Origin: Owenia fusiformis | Taxonomy: Eukaryota | Assembly (NCBI GenBank): GCA_903813345.2 | Contig: CAIIXF020000001.1 | Span: 33,480,001 to 33,544,000, forward strand | DNA: 64,000 bases | Direction of reading: 5' to 3' | Shown here: piece by piece, positions 25,536-38,799 of the stretch | Layout of the letters: each line of letters begins with the position of its first letter | Numbering within the stretch: position 1 is the first letter of the stretch | Notes under the pieces: model-generated | The model's input: the letters and a program-made list of their open reading frames with translations, nothing else | Databases searched by the model: none | Told to the model about the DNA's origin: nothing | Made by a program: the position numbers and the translations under genes

Positions 25536-27770
25536 GTAAAGTAGTAAAAATAAACCTTGGGTAACCAAACAAATTAAACAACAAATTAACAAAAGGAACA
25601 AACTTCATTCCAAATGGAAAAAATTTTGAAGATGATGTATGGTCCAAAAGTTTCACAAGGCATCCCCTCTCTAATTGAAAATAATGAAACTATTACCGAC
25701 TCAAAAGAAAAGGCCAACATATTAAACAATTTTTTGCAGATCAAACAATTCTTCCTACAAACCTAAATGACCCTGTACTTCCTAACATGATATACAAAAC
25801 TGATTCACACCTTTTTTGAGGATTTTCAAGTTTATGATGTACTGATCCATCTTAACGTATCAAAGGCAAGTGGACTGGATAATGTTTCCAATCGGATTTT
25901 GAAAGAATGTGCCCTTGGTTTATCACCTAGCCTTTGTGGTATCTTCAATAGCTCTTTACAAACTGGTATATTTCCATCAGCATGGAAAGAGGCACATGTC
26001 TCACCTATTTTCAAAAAAGACGATAGACAATCTAAATTAAACTATAGACCAATCTCTCTTTTGTCCTGTATATCCAAAGTCTTTGAACGTTTAGTATTCA
26101 ATGTATTATATAACTTTTGTAAAATAAACAATATCTTAACTCCCAGAAATTCTGGTTTTAAACCAAACGACTCAGCAATAAATCAACTGATAAACTTAGT
26201 TAACAAAATTTACAAAGGCTTGGATGATCGAAATGAAATTATTATATTTTCATTTGATAAGGTTTGGCATACTGGTTTAATTTACAAGTTAGAATCATAT
26301 GGAATTTCTGGTCAACTTCTAAAATGGTTGAAAAGCTATCTTTCTGCCCGCAAACAGAGAGTTGTCATAAACGGTGTTCATTCTGATTGGCGCTACATTG
26401 AAGCAGGTGTCCCTCAAGGCTCAATACTCGGACCTCTCCTATTTCTGTTCTATATCAATGACATTGTTGAAAATAAAGATACCGGAATAAACCTTTTCGC
26501 TGATGATACTTCTCTACTTGAAGTGGTAAACATCCCAATACTTAGCTCAGTTAAAATGCAACATGATATAGACCAAATAGAACAATGGGCAGAAAGATGG
26601 AAAGTTACTTTTAATGCTGCCAAGTCAAAACTTCTAATAATCTCACTTAAACCAAATAAATGTAATTATCCTGATATAAAGTTAAACATCTCTGTAATTC
26701 AAACAGTTGATCACCATACCCATTTAGGACTTATAATATTATTATAATATTATTAAGAAAGCAAATATGAGACTTGGCCTCCTCAAAAGGAGCTCATCTA
26801 AATACAACTTAAATCAAAATGAACTAGAAACATTATACTTTTCAATGGTTCGATCAGTACTTGAATATGGTGACGTCCTTTATAATAATTGTCACTTATT
26901 CCAAAGTAAATCATTAGAAAACATCCAAAGAGAAGCTGCTATATTATGTTCACATGCCTATAGACATATAGCTAAATATAATGACATTTTGAATGAACTT
27001 GGCTGGGACTCACTCAAAACCAGAAGACAATTAAATATTACCACAATTTTTCATAAAATGGTTTATCAAAATGTCCCACTTTATTTGACTGACCTCTTAA
27101 CCCCTCTCTCCCAAAAGCAGACCAGATATAGCTTAAGAAACCAAAATTCTTTCAATATACCCTTCTGTAGACTTAACATTAGTTACAAGTCGTTTCTTCC
27201 AAATGCCATTAGAATATGGAACAACCTTGAACAACATTTTAGGAACATTGGTTATCTCCCTCTATTTAAATATAAACTTAAACATTCTATTTGGAAAAGC
27301 AAAAATAAACTTTACTCATTAAAAGCAAGCAAATCTGCAATTAATCATGGGAGAGTCCGAATGGGTCTCAGTGCTTTAAACCATCAACGTTTCTCTTACA
27401 ACCTCATAGACTTCAAACATTGTGCTTGTGGTTTCGCACAAGAGACAGCACTTCATTATTTTCTTGACTGTCCTCTTTATATTGCCCAAAGAACAACTCT
27501 TTTCAGGGAATTAGGGAACATAGCCGTAACCAATAGACATAATCTTCTCAATCATATAATTCATGGAAACAAAGATTCTTCATTCATTGACAACTGCACT
27601 CTATTTAATCATGTCCAGACATTCATCAGAGACACTCAGAGATTTTTATAACCATATAAAACTGTCTAACCTATTGCATGACATCTCAAAATTTTATATG
27701 TAAACCCCTAGGGGATATAATAGTGTAAACTGTAAACCCTAGGCTAAATAAAAGGATTTAAAAAAAATAT
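25536..27770 (+). mobile_element. LINE B (CR1-group) 5'-truncated copy with disrupted ORF2, inserted in LINE A
   Basis: ORFs 25899-26747 (YRPISLL, GVPQGSILGPLLF, FADD) and 26767-27651 (C-terminal CACG...HYFLDC); AATAAA and A tail; TSD ATATACA (25529-25535, 27771-27777). Confidence 0.92.
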
Positions 27771-28240
27771 ATATACAATCTTAGATCTAGTACGTTCAGA
27801 ACAAACATGAAAAAATACTCTATAACTAAGACAGGGCAAGACCTGTGGAACACTTTACCTCATAAACTTGCTCATTCTAATACTCTTTCCACCTTCAAAA
27901 AGAATTTAAAATTACACTTGCTCAACAATTAACATCATTACTTAATCAAAGTCTAACTTTTCTGGAGACAAATCTCCGGCGTAAAAAATTCACTTTTATA
28001 GCGTGGGATGAGGAGGATGGAGGATGGGACCAACCGAATGTGAAATATTTAGTGTCGATCTTTAATTCTAATGAGCACTGATTTCTTGTATGAGTTTTGC
28101 TACTTGTAATTTTTTTTTTAATATAACGTGGATTATATGCCCCTTGGGGTGTCTTCCACTATTGTGATTGTACTTGTATTATTTGGAATTTAGGAAATAA
28201 ATAAAACAAACAAACAAAAAACAAACAAAAAACAAACAAA
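27771..28240 (+). pseudogene. LINE A 3' part: ORF2 C-terminus, 3' UTR and (AAAC)n tail
   Basis: Reads YNLRSSTFRTNMKKYSITKTGQDLWNTLP...FKKNLKLHLLNN*, then AATAAA and AAAC repeats. Confidence 0.88.
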
Positions 28241-28517
28241 CAATATAGTCATTTGATTGCTTATTTTTTAAATTCAAAGTAGTTCCAAACATTTAAAATT
28301 TTACTGTACATTTCACAATAATTATTATTGTCAATATTGAATTCTGTTTTCACAATTTCAGTTAGAGAAAGTGTAAACCCCTTTTATAAAACATATGACA
28401 TTTATAAAAACATTTGAAAACAGATTTGAAAAGGGTCTAAAGAAGCAAATTCAAGATTGTATTACAAAAAAGATTTTGATTACAAATTGTAAATCTCCAT
28501 CTACTTCAGTTGGATAA

Positions 28518-28678
28518 ATGTCGTCAGGAAGCTGTTTCAAAAAAATGTTCAGGAGCAAGATGTACCTAAAACTAAGACGCAACTCGGACCAGACTTCCCG
28601 CTATAAAGTGGGCAATTTGTCATCAATTCAGGTCATAAGGCATAATGAGGAGAAGACACTACTAAATGTCAGTAAAAA
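28518..28678 (+). CDS. Candidate first coding exon of an unidentified host gene
   Basis: Acceptor-like ttttcacaatttcag (28361); ATG then an open frame MSSGSCFKKMFRSKMYLKLRRNSD... to AA|GTAAGA, phase 2. Confidence 0.4.
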
Positions 28679-31476
28679 GTAAGAATCTTTATCTAGATAT
28701 TTTTCCCTTATTTTTGATCATTAATGATGTATGTAAAAAAAAAAAAAAAATAATTATATTATAATCAATAATTTTAAAGAATGGCTTAAAACAGCATGGT
28801 TACTGGCAAAGTTATTGACTCAAAAAACATCGTTAAATCATTATAGTCGAGATAAAATCATGGACTTTCTTGTATGTGTGTAAATTGCAGTACATGTAAA
28901 AAATGTTCCCCTCACTTGCCATCTAGTTTCTTGATATTGGGTATAAAAACTATATCAACAATTCAAAAAAATCAGGAGAAGATCGGGATTACTAAAAGTA
29001 GATCGGAAGAAAATCAGAATTGCAAAAAAATCGGGAGAAAATCGAACCCTGCTGAAAACGAAACTCTCTTTTTAGAAGCAAAGTCTTTTTTTTATATGGA
29101 ATATAATTATATTTCAATAAAGTAATAATTATATAAATAATATGTCAGTGCTTTCACTAGGTTTATCAAAGAGTGTATCCCTGGGACGGATTGATTTTAA
29201 AAATTCACTTTTTTACACAGAACAAAAATTGATGAAAAGTTTCTAACAAGTTTTGTTATTTATTGGCCTAAATCAGTGTTCTACAAACGTATAGAAGGTC
29301 ACTAAATGATACAGGTACCTTCACTTGAAAGAGATTACTAATATTCAACCATTAAATACGTGTTTTCTTTTCATATTTCGAAGCAATTTGCACTTGGGGC
29401 AATCTCCACAAGGTTCCATTTATTAGTTCTGTTTCATGCGCATGCGCAACAAATCCAGTAATTTGATTAATTAAAATTATTAAGATGCATGCGCGATTAA
29501 TAATCTCGGCCAATCATAGGACTCGTACCGATTACGGCTCCGTACTGTAGCAACTACTTAGTGGTTGTCCTATCACAGGCCTCGTACTATATGTATTTCG
29601 ATCGGTAATCAACTTCCGGAAAAGAAACTTCGAATGAAAATATTGTATTTCTTTTAGAAATAAAATATCTTTCGTTTATTTAGTGGATTTTTACCAAATA
29701 AAAGACTGAAGGTAAGATCTTTTTCCGAGTCTATCAATTTTGTAAATGAAAACACAGGACTTTGCGTCCAAGAGATGGATCATTAAATTGTTTTGGAGTC
29801 CCTTCATTAAAATCCGGGTCCTCATAATGTTAAGGACGCGTTATTGAAAGCCCTGAATGTTTATAGGTATTTAATACATTGATAATTGGAAATTAAACGA
29901 AACTTTTAAAAAAGATGAAGTTTGATTGTAATTATACCGACTTACAATACAGCAATAAGGTTACATGAGATAGTTCTGCGCATGCGCCAATCAGATCTTT
30001 AAAACTAAGACCTACTGTGCCCAGGTGTACAAACTCATGTTTCTTGACAAACAATGCATGAGTAAAATTAAATTAAATTGTAAAAATTATACCAATTGTA
30101 AAACAAAATTGGGTATCCCTTTGTAGATGTTTGACTCCATAACGATAGTGCTCAGGGTAGGGCCTCACTGGGAGGGCATGTAACCATATTGCTGTATTGT
30201 AAGTCGGTATAATTACAATCAAACTTCATCTTTTTTCAAAAGTTTCGTTTAATTTCCAATTATACCTCCTTACAATACCTCAATATCTGGTTACATGAGA
30301 TTTTAAAGCCAACTGGGCACATAGGTCAAAAAAAGGGAAATTAAGTAATGTTAAATTCCCTAAAGGTCAACTGACTGATAAACAACAGACAAATTATGTA
30401 CAATAAACAAATAAAGCATATTGTTATTAATAAACTACTTAATACAATTTTGACATTGTTTTGTCAATGCAAACTCAAACATTTTATGTATTTTTATAGG
30501 CTTAAAGGGTGACGCATATTGTTTAGCAAATCGAACGCTCATTTCTGGTGTTGCTCACCGTTTAGTATAAAAGGCCCGATCCCGGAATAATACTCAAGGG
30601 TTCACAGGTTCGAGGTCGTTGTGTCAACACCTCTAACTGTTATATAGCATAAGTATATTATAGATCGTCACACATTTATAAAAGGGTGATTTTTATTTTG
30701 ACAAATCAATTCCTCATTTATGGGTGAAGTTTCAGGATCTTCTCTTTGTGTATAATAAGGAAAAATTGGCATCTAAATTTCCCCATAACGTAATAGCACA
30801 CAGCTTGGCATATGAAATATCCTACAAATGAAACAAAGCAAGACAAACCGGTTTCTAATACAAGAATTTATATTGGCTGTTGTACATGTATTATTTGAAC
30901 GCAATCACTCTTTGGATAACATTTTCAAAATCATTATAAACGGATTACTTTATCTCAAAGACAATTTCAATAAACTGGATTTTACAGAACTCCCCTTATT
31001 TCTAAAAAATGGACTGATCCAGTTGATTTTGATTTGCATTTGGGCCTTTTACTATCTTTGTTTATTAATATACTGTATATGAGATATCATCTGCATTAAA
31101 CCAAGTAACACATCATAATTAATAATAATGAATACACCCTCACAACTTGTCATTATGTACATGCAATTTAAGCTAGCTTTATAATCATGGTTTTACCTAT
31201 CCATTTGGACCTCACAGCACATTAAAGGTTGAATAAATAGTGCAGACGTATCTAACGATCATGGTCCTGGTGTCAAAATATATCGAATTTTGAATATTTC
31301 ATCAAGGCTAACATCTATTTTCATTGGCTACAAAGAAAACCCCCGAACACACCTAATTTCTGCCAATATTCACAATCACTGGCATCCTAAATCCCCGGGA
31401 ATCTTCTCCTGACATCGACAGAGAAAATGCTCACGTACCTTTTAATGATTTCCCGGTTATATTGTCATTGGATTCC

Positions 31477-31975
31477 CAGGCCTGTCAACTGTCCCGCAAT
31501 TTGCGTATTTGTCACGCATTTGCTGAAGAATTTGAAGTCACGCCAGTTATTTTTGCGTGACACAAAATGTCACGCAAATACGCATTTTACCTGGTAATTG
31601 TCAAGCAAAAAAATTTCTGTAGAAAAATTTGTAAAAAAGATCGTCTACACAGCAAAAATACGAACGCCGGAAAAAATGTGTACGCATTTCGTTCGGACTT
31701 TTCACGCGAATTACGTATATGTCACGCATTCCGTTCGAAATTTTTCGTACCTACCCCCCCCCCCCCCCCCGTTGACGGATGTTTGAAACGCGAGTGTATC
31801 GAGCGCGAAAAATTTGAGGTGTTCAAAATTTGGCAAGATGTAATAAAATTTAAACCAAGGTGTTCAAAATTTGGATCAAGGTGTCCAGATTTGGACCAAG
31901 GAGTCCACATTTTAAGGGGAGGTGTTCAACATTTCCAAGTCACTCATGTTAGGTGTTCCCAAGTTGACAGGCCTG
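31477..31975 (+). mobile_element. MITE family A, full length (499 bp)
   Basis: TIR CAGGCCTGTCAACT / AGTTGACAGGCCTG; 6-bp TSD GATTCC. Confidence 0.95.
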
Positions 31976-32751
31976 GATTCCAGCCCTGTTTCCACCTAAT
32001 GTTCTATCCAACATTCTGTTTCCTTTATACCATGCACGTGTCAAGAAGACCTTGAATATGGGCAGATTTGAGGTGTTTTAGTCTTTTTTTGATTTTTCTT
32101 CGTCAGTGGATCAAATTAACTGCAAGAGTCGCTGGTAATAGACCGTCAACGGCAGTCATATTGTGTACCATGCATACGGTTATATCGAACAACCGCGGTT
32201 ATACTGTAACATGCGGTCTTACCTATCTCAGCTGCAGCAAGAATTTTAAATGGCGGAGATTTAGAAATGTTTCAAAAAACAAAATGCGGGACGTCCAACC
32301 TTTCAATTGCTTATTTAGAAGTCTATTCGCAAGTCTGATTGGTGGTATTCGTCGACAAGTGCATATATTTTAAGAAAATAGGTATGGCGAAGAAGACATT
32401 AGGCCAAACGTTGCACTAATAGCTCGGGAAAGGTAAAATGACTCCCAAATTTCTTCTATAGTCTTTATTCAACCTTTAACTTGCATCAGAAATAATCATG
32501 TACATGTAATCTACATCTAGTCCTCCCATAATCAATTTTCTCATATGACTAACAAAGATACAGCCATATTTACCCCATGCAAGATATTGCCATCTTTCAT
32601 CCTAAAAAGTCACACGTGCAAGATGAGATTTACTTGTGACATCACTGGTCAATAAACATCAACAACATGGCAACGGACAGACCATTGCTATGCATATCCA
32701 TGCTAATTCTACAAAACTAAGTTGTGACGTCATAACAATGTAGCTTTGTTG

Positions 32752-33218
32752 CAGGCCTGTCAACTGTCCCGCAATTTGCGTATTTGTCACGCATTTGCTG
32801 AAGAATTTGAAGTCACGCCAGTTATTTTTGCGTGACAGAAAATTTCACGCAAATACGCATTTTACCTGGTAATTGTCAAGCAAAAATGTTTCTGTAGAAA
32901 AATTTCTAAAAAAGATCGTCTACACAGCAAAAATACGAACGCCGGAAAAAAATGTACGCATTTCGTTCTGACTTTTCACGCGAATTACGTATATGTCACG
33001 CATTCCGTTCGAGATTTTTCGTACCTACCCCCCCCCCCCCCCCCCGCGCGAAAAATTTGAGGTGTTCAAAATTTGGCAAGATGTAATAAAATTTAAACCA
33101 AGGTGTTCAAAATTTGGATCAAGGTGTTCAGATTTGGACCAAGGTGTCCACATTTTGAGGGGAGGTGTTCAACATTTCCAAGTCACTCATGTTAGGTGTT
33201 CCCAAGTTGACAGGCCTG
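32752..33218 (+). mobile_element. MITE family A
   Basis: Both TIRs; TSD TTGTTG. Confidence 0.95.
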
Positions 33219-33384
33219 TTGTTGTCACGTGTATCTATGTATTTTCTTCAATATTGTTATGACGTCATAACAATTGAAAGATGAAGTTCAATTAATTTAA
33301 AGCTATTTTTCACTCAGTTTTATGATAAAATGGTGAAAATATGGCATAATACAGAGTCATATGAGAAAAACTTTCTTGTACTCG

Positions 33385-33502
33385 TACCTGTGCAATATCG
33401 TCCATTCTTGACTCTCTTTGATAATGTTTCTTTATCTCGTCTTCGACTCGATAAAGAAGAATTATCAAAGCTCATCAAGAATGGACGATCTTGCACAGGT
33501 AC
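33385..33502. repeat. Small hairpin (MITE-like)
   Basis: gtacctgtgcaatatcgtccattcttga ... tcaagaatggacgatcttgcacaggtac around a tcgtcttcgactc loop. Confidence 0.75.
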
Positions 33503-34625
33503 TCATATAAGAACCTCTATATCTTTCTGATAAAGCAAACCAGATTGAAATCGCATGGATGCATGTTTGTGTTACATAAAGTCAAAGAACACTGTCAATA
33601 AAAACATATCTATGCATTAGTGTGTTGTTCGGAATTTCTCAGTGCCAGAACGTTCAATTTATTTCTTGTCTAAAATACTGTAGTCAAAAGAAGATGAAAG
33701 AGTTTTACAAGTGTATATTGTATGTGTAGTTAGCTTCTTTATTTTGTTTTATCTCAAAAGCTATTGTATACTTTCATTTTTTGCAAGGGCATCTCATTAA
33801 CAAATCTGGAGTCTTGAACACAAAATCGGAATATTTTAAGAAAAAATTGGGATAAATTCTTAAAATTGGGATAGAAATCGGGGTTTTTTGAAAATTGGGA
33901 TTTTGAAAAAAATGGGGATGAGCAATAAAAAATTGGGATTATTCCCGATATAAATTGCTTTTTGACAGGTGAGTTGAACCCGGAATCTTTTTTGATACAA
34001 ACCGGATATCCCAGATTTTTAAAAAAATCAGCCTGGAATTCTGAAATGTTTAAGTTGAGAGGTATTTGACCCCAGAATAGGGCCCACAAAATTCAACTAC
34101 CCTATCAGAATATTTGTTTGTCCTATTCTGAGGGTTGTGATTTCTATTAGCCCCTGCAGGGCCTCAGAATTGCTCATGAGAAGGAAAGAGTACCTTTTGT
34201 TGTCACAATAGGTATGACCTTATCTGTCCCCAGCAAATTGATTCACTGTATGGCCAAATCATAGATTACCATAAAAAACTCCATGTAAGAGATAAGACCT
34301 GATCAATGATTAACTTCATCTATTCAGCTTCCCTCTGTCTTGAATATCAAGCTGGCCTTGTAAAAGCTTTTTCTAACTGAATGTAAACATTTGTCAGGAA
34401 GGATTTTAGTAGTTGCCTTGGTATTTGGCTGTTTAAAGTTCAACTTGTGTGTAGTTATAGAGCAACTTTCCATAGTAACCTTAAATTCATTATTATTGTA
34501 GATGCTATGATTATGTTGGGCAGTTCAAATCGAGCAAAGCAAAGTTGAAAAATACTGTTAAATGATCTATTACCTCTTACATTGGAAATATTACTAAATG
34601 AATCGCTAGCATCCATTGTTGACCC

Positions 34626-34669
34626 ATGGAGCACTATCATCGCAAATTGAGATTTTATTTACCAACCAG
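34626..34669 (+). CDS. Candidate short first coding exon (MEHYHRKLRFYLPT-R)
   Basis: ccATGG context, consensus donor CAG|GTGAGT, phase 2. Confidence 0.45.
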
Positions 34670-34941
34670 GTGAGTACCTTATTACACATGTAAGTTCTGC
34701 ATCTGTATGTGTCTACTTTCCTGGTTGCCATGGTTACACCTTATCATGATTCTAGATAACATGCTAATGAAGATTCATATAAGCTAGGTGGTTACAGTAA
34801 TTTTATAATTGCAAATACAAAATATGGGTTGTAAATAATGTTACCAAAGATGTATTAAATATGATATCAGTCAAGATTCTTTGAGTTTGTTTCATGAAAG
34901 ATATATCACTGTCAGTAAAACAGTATCTGTAGTATGGTATC

Positions 34942-35266
34942 CAGGCCTGTCAACTGTCCCGCAATTTGCGTATTTGTCACGCATTTGCTGAAGAATTTGG
35001 TCACGCCAGTTATTTTTGCGTGACAGAAAATGTCACGCAAATACGCATTTTACCTGGTAATTGTCAAGCAAAAATATTACTGTTGAAAAATTTCTAAAAA
35101 AGTTCGTCTACACAGCAAAAATATGAACGCCGAAAAAAAACGTACGCATTTCGTTTGGACTTTTCACGCGAATGACGTATATGTCACGCATTCCGTTCGA
35201 AATTTTTCGTTCAACATTTCCAAGTCACTCATGTTACAGGTAGGTGTTCCCAAGTTGACAGGCCTG
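34942..35266 (+). mobile_element. MITE family A, internally deleted
   Basis: Both TIRs; TSD GGTATC. Confidence 0.95.
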
Positions 35267-37138
35267 GGTATCATATTCATGTTCTCTCTATTTGTAAATT
35301 ATGAGTGGAGGAAAAGGGGTTTACGAAAAACACCGACCGCCGACCACCGACCAGTCACTCTCCACAGTTGGGTACATGTGGTCGGTGGTAGGCTGACGGT
35401 CTTTTACATAAAGATGAAAAAATGCAAAATTAGAAGTAAAACTAGTTTGGCTAGTGAGTAGCCATTTTGAAAAATGGCAGCCATTTTTATGTGAATTTTT
35501 AGAAGCTTGGTACCCTTTCAAATGACACTTTGGCTCGTAATTAAGCAGCCAATACAAAAAATTTCGAGACAAATGCATGACATATGCACAAATTTTGAAG
35601 CAAATGCGCGACCTACATGTATACAGAATTCCCGTGAAATTTCGGAACGACATTTTTTCGTTCTTCTTCGGCATTCTTTTTTTTGATGTATCGGCATTCA
35701 TTTTTCTTAAGTTCTTCTACAGAAATATTTTTGCTTGACAATTATCAGGTAAAATGCGTATTTGTGTGACATATTCTATTGTCATTGTATAGATGTTCTA
35801 CTGAGGAACTTTGATTATATTCAATTTCCTTTGATCTTTAACTTTCTAAAAAAAATTTTAATGTTGAAATGTTGAATTCTTTTGATTGTCATGAATTTAA
35901 GGTTCATACATAAGCTGAACATCATCTAGTTTCAAACACTAACACAATCTGAATCTCATTCTGTTTGATGCAAAAGCAGTTTTACTTTAATCCAAAATAA
36001 AAAATATGGTAAATCAATATGTGTCTATGGTAGATGTTAGTATGTAGTCAAACCAGCACTAGTGCTGCCAGCTACCCATCCATTCATCTATTTAGTTACT
36101 AGTAAAGCTTTTGTACCTTGTCTATGGTAAGAATAAATCAAACAGAAATGTTAATTTGACATGATTGGTCATGCCCACCTTGTAGGGTGTAGGGATAAAG
36201 GGAAGGGTCAGGATAACACTTATATAAAATATTTAAAGTGTCTAATAATGATAATGAACATATTACAATGTTACACAACATTAGTAGATGCTAATTAAAT
36301 ATCAATTGTTGTTAGTGTAATATGTATTTTTCATTTAATGCTGCAACAAGTACACACATACCAAAAGGTGTCACACCCACTTTTCCCTAAAAGCAGCTAT
36401 ATGTGACTATATTTGATAAATATTATTGATTTACAGTATCATTATATAAACTTTTCAGTGTTTAAGTGTTAAAATAATAATATACATATTGATACAATTT
36501 TTGACAAAGAAGAAGCCATAAAATTAAAACAGATTTGCAAATATTTCCCTTTGAGATCAAAAGGACACATTTGGGAGGGGGTCAAATTAAAAATATTTTG
36601 AGATATAAATACTGTTTCTATGGTAACCATATAAGTTATAGAGATTGGAAATTTCTGGCACTCACTAACCTTAACATGTCCTACCCAATATAAAACAATA
36701 AATATCTGACATGCATTAGTATTTTTTTATTGGGTGGTATTAAAGTACCCCCATGCTTTCTTGGGGGTAGGGGTATAAATTGGTCTGAGGGCTGCCTGCC
36801 ACCCCTATAGAAAGTCCAACTACCCAGAAAGTGTCCAGTATAATCATATAGATGGTTTGAAATAGGTTGGAATGTGTAACCTTCTATGAAAGGAAGGTGT
36901 TACAATTATCAGAGTGGGCCATAGTCTATACCTCAAAAGTCATAATGTGGGGGCATTCTCATACCAGATCCTAAAATTTGGGTCCATTGCCATACCAAAT
37001 GTCAAAAAAAAGTACCTCATGTGCGCCGAGGATCCCCGTCAAGGTTTATGTACAGTGAGGTATGGCAATGGTCAGATTTTTCCACTTTCTGGTATGAGAA
37101 TGTTATTCTATTATTTGATACATGAAATGAAACAGTAA

Positions 37139-38799
37139 CAGAGCTGTCAAGTGTCCCGCGAATGGCGGGATTATCCCGCGAATTTGATCAAAATTAGGCT
37201 TATTCACGTGTCCCGCAATGTCCCGCGAAGTCCCGCAAATGTGGTTTTGACCTCCACGAATTTCCGAAATTGTTGCAATCCCCTATATTGTGATTATCTT
37301 ATCTTATATAAGAAGCCAAGTTTTTGCACTTTTGAGGAGTAAAGTTTACCTAATTTTAAGTACCTAGCATGCTGTTGTTTGGTATCAAAATAAAGAGGAA
37401 GGGTTCAACTTTCATTTTAATTACGAAAATAGGGATGTAGGACAAAAATAGTTCTAACGTTGGCCTTTTTACTATCCGTGTGGCCTTCATCTCAGAACTG
37501 AGCAAATGTTAGCAAACGCGAGTTACAATAAATGGACGCTGATATCTAGAAAGGATTTGTAGAAAAACCGGGAACCAGGTAGTAAATCCTCCATGCTGGG
37601 TTCAAACTTGTACCCGGTACCCGGTCAAAAAACGGGTACCCAAAAAACGAAAAATACGAATATATAACGTAATTAGATTATGAGAAAACGTGTAAGATTT
37701 GTTTTGAATTCACAAAAATGTATGTATCCTTCAAAATTGAGCTAGAAGCTTCAAATAAAAAGCATATTTAAGGCTCTTTTCTTCCCCCCCCCCCTTCATT
37801 ACCAATAGAAAAATGACCACTGACCATGATGATAGAGGACGAAAAGAGCCTTAAAATGCTTTTTCTTTGAAGCTTCTAGCTCAATTTTGAAGGAAGTTAC
37901 ATACATTTTTGTAAATTCAAATCAAATCTTACACGTTTTCTAATGATCTAAATTATGTTGTATATTTGTATATTTCGTTTTTTGGGTACCCGGTTTTTTC
38001 GACCGGGTACCAAGTTTGAACCCAGCATGGAGGATTTACTACCCGGTACCCGTTTTTTTCTACAAACCCAATCTAGAAAAGTAACCCCATTCCCTATAAT
38101 TTGATGTAGATTAATCGAACCCCTATATCATGGGCTTTCAATTGAAAGAAAATGCCTACAGTATATGAATAGGTACATTTTAATATATAACATTATGGGG
38201 GTAAGCGTTTCATAGTTGTTCACGACGCCAGAAATGCAAAGTATTGTTCCGAATTTTTGAATTTCGTGTTAGATTACGGTACTCACACCTGAAGCATGAT
38301 TTTTGCTTTTGAAAAATTACAATAAAGTTTAATACTATTCCTATACGTATTTTGTGAAATTGTGTTGACGTTTATTTAAGTTACAATACAACGGTGCATT
38401 ATATTTGATTAATCAGTATTTGGAAGTTTGATTTAAGTACTTTTACACGCTTTTAGTCCCAATCACGCAAATCCTTGAATGTCCCGGGACATCCTGCAAA
38501 TTTAGGTGAATGTCCCGCGAAATCCCGCAAATTTAGGGCACTTTGTCTAAAAAATCTGTCCCTCTATCAAGTTTTTGGCGCTAAACCTGTTAACTATCCC
38601 GCAATTAGGGTGTTTGTCCCTCGAATGGTCCCGCGAAATCCCGCGAATTTGAGAAAAAAAGTTGGCCTATTAGCGCAATCACGCAAATCCCTTAAATGTC
38701 CCGCGAATTTAGTAGATGTCCCGCAAAATCCCGCGAATTTTGGGCACTGGGTCTAAAAAATCTGTCCCGCGAGAAAATCTTTAGGGGTTGACAGTACTG
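37139..38799 (+). mobile_element. Family B non-autonomous element with nested MULE-like foldback (about 37553-38069)
   Basis: Ends CAGAGCTGTCAA / TTGACAGTACTG; TSD CAGTAA; TCCCGCGAA subterminal repeats; the insert is absent from the 61490-62923 copy. Confidence 0.9.

Larger units (their letters stand above)
21267..28308. repeat. Foldback (about 300-bp arms) split by a HINE and by nested LINEs
   Basis: Left arm 21267-21520 + 23487-23532; right arm 23636-23930 + 28241-28308. Confidence 0.8.

Noticed and set aside
24057..27651. Novel dual reverse transcriptase, retron or DGR-type system
   Set aside because: Fully explained by two frameshifted LINE ORF2 fragments, nested with a TSD and separate tails.
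31567..32055. Recurring ORFs (MSRKYAFYLV..., ...RCSQVDRP) as a gene family
   Set aside because: Incidental frames in MITE family A; they vary by frameshift and have no recognisable domain.
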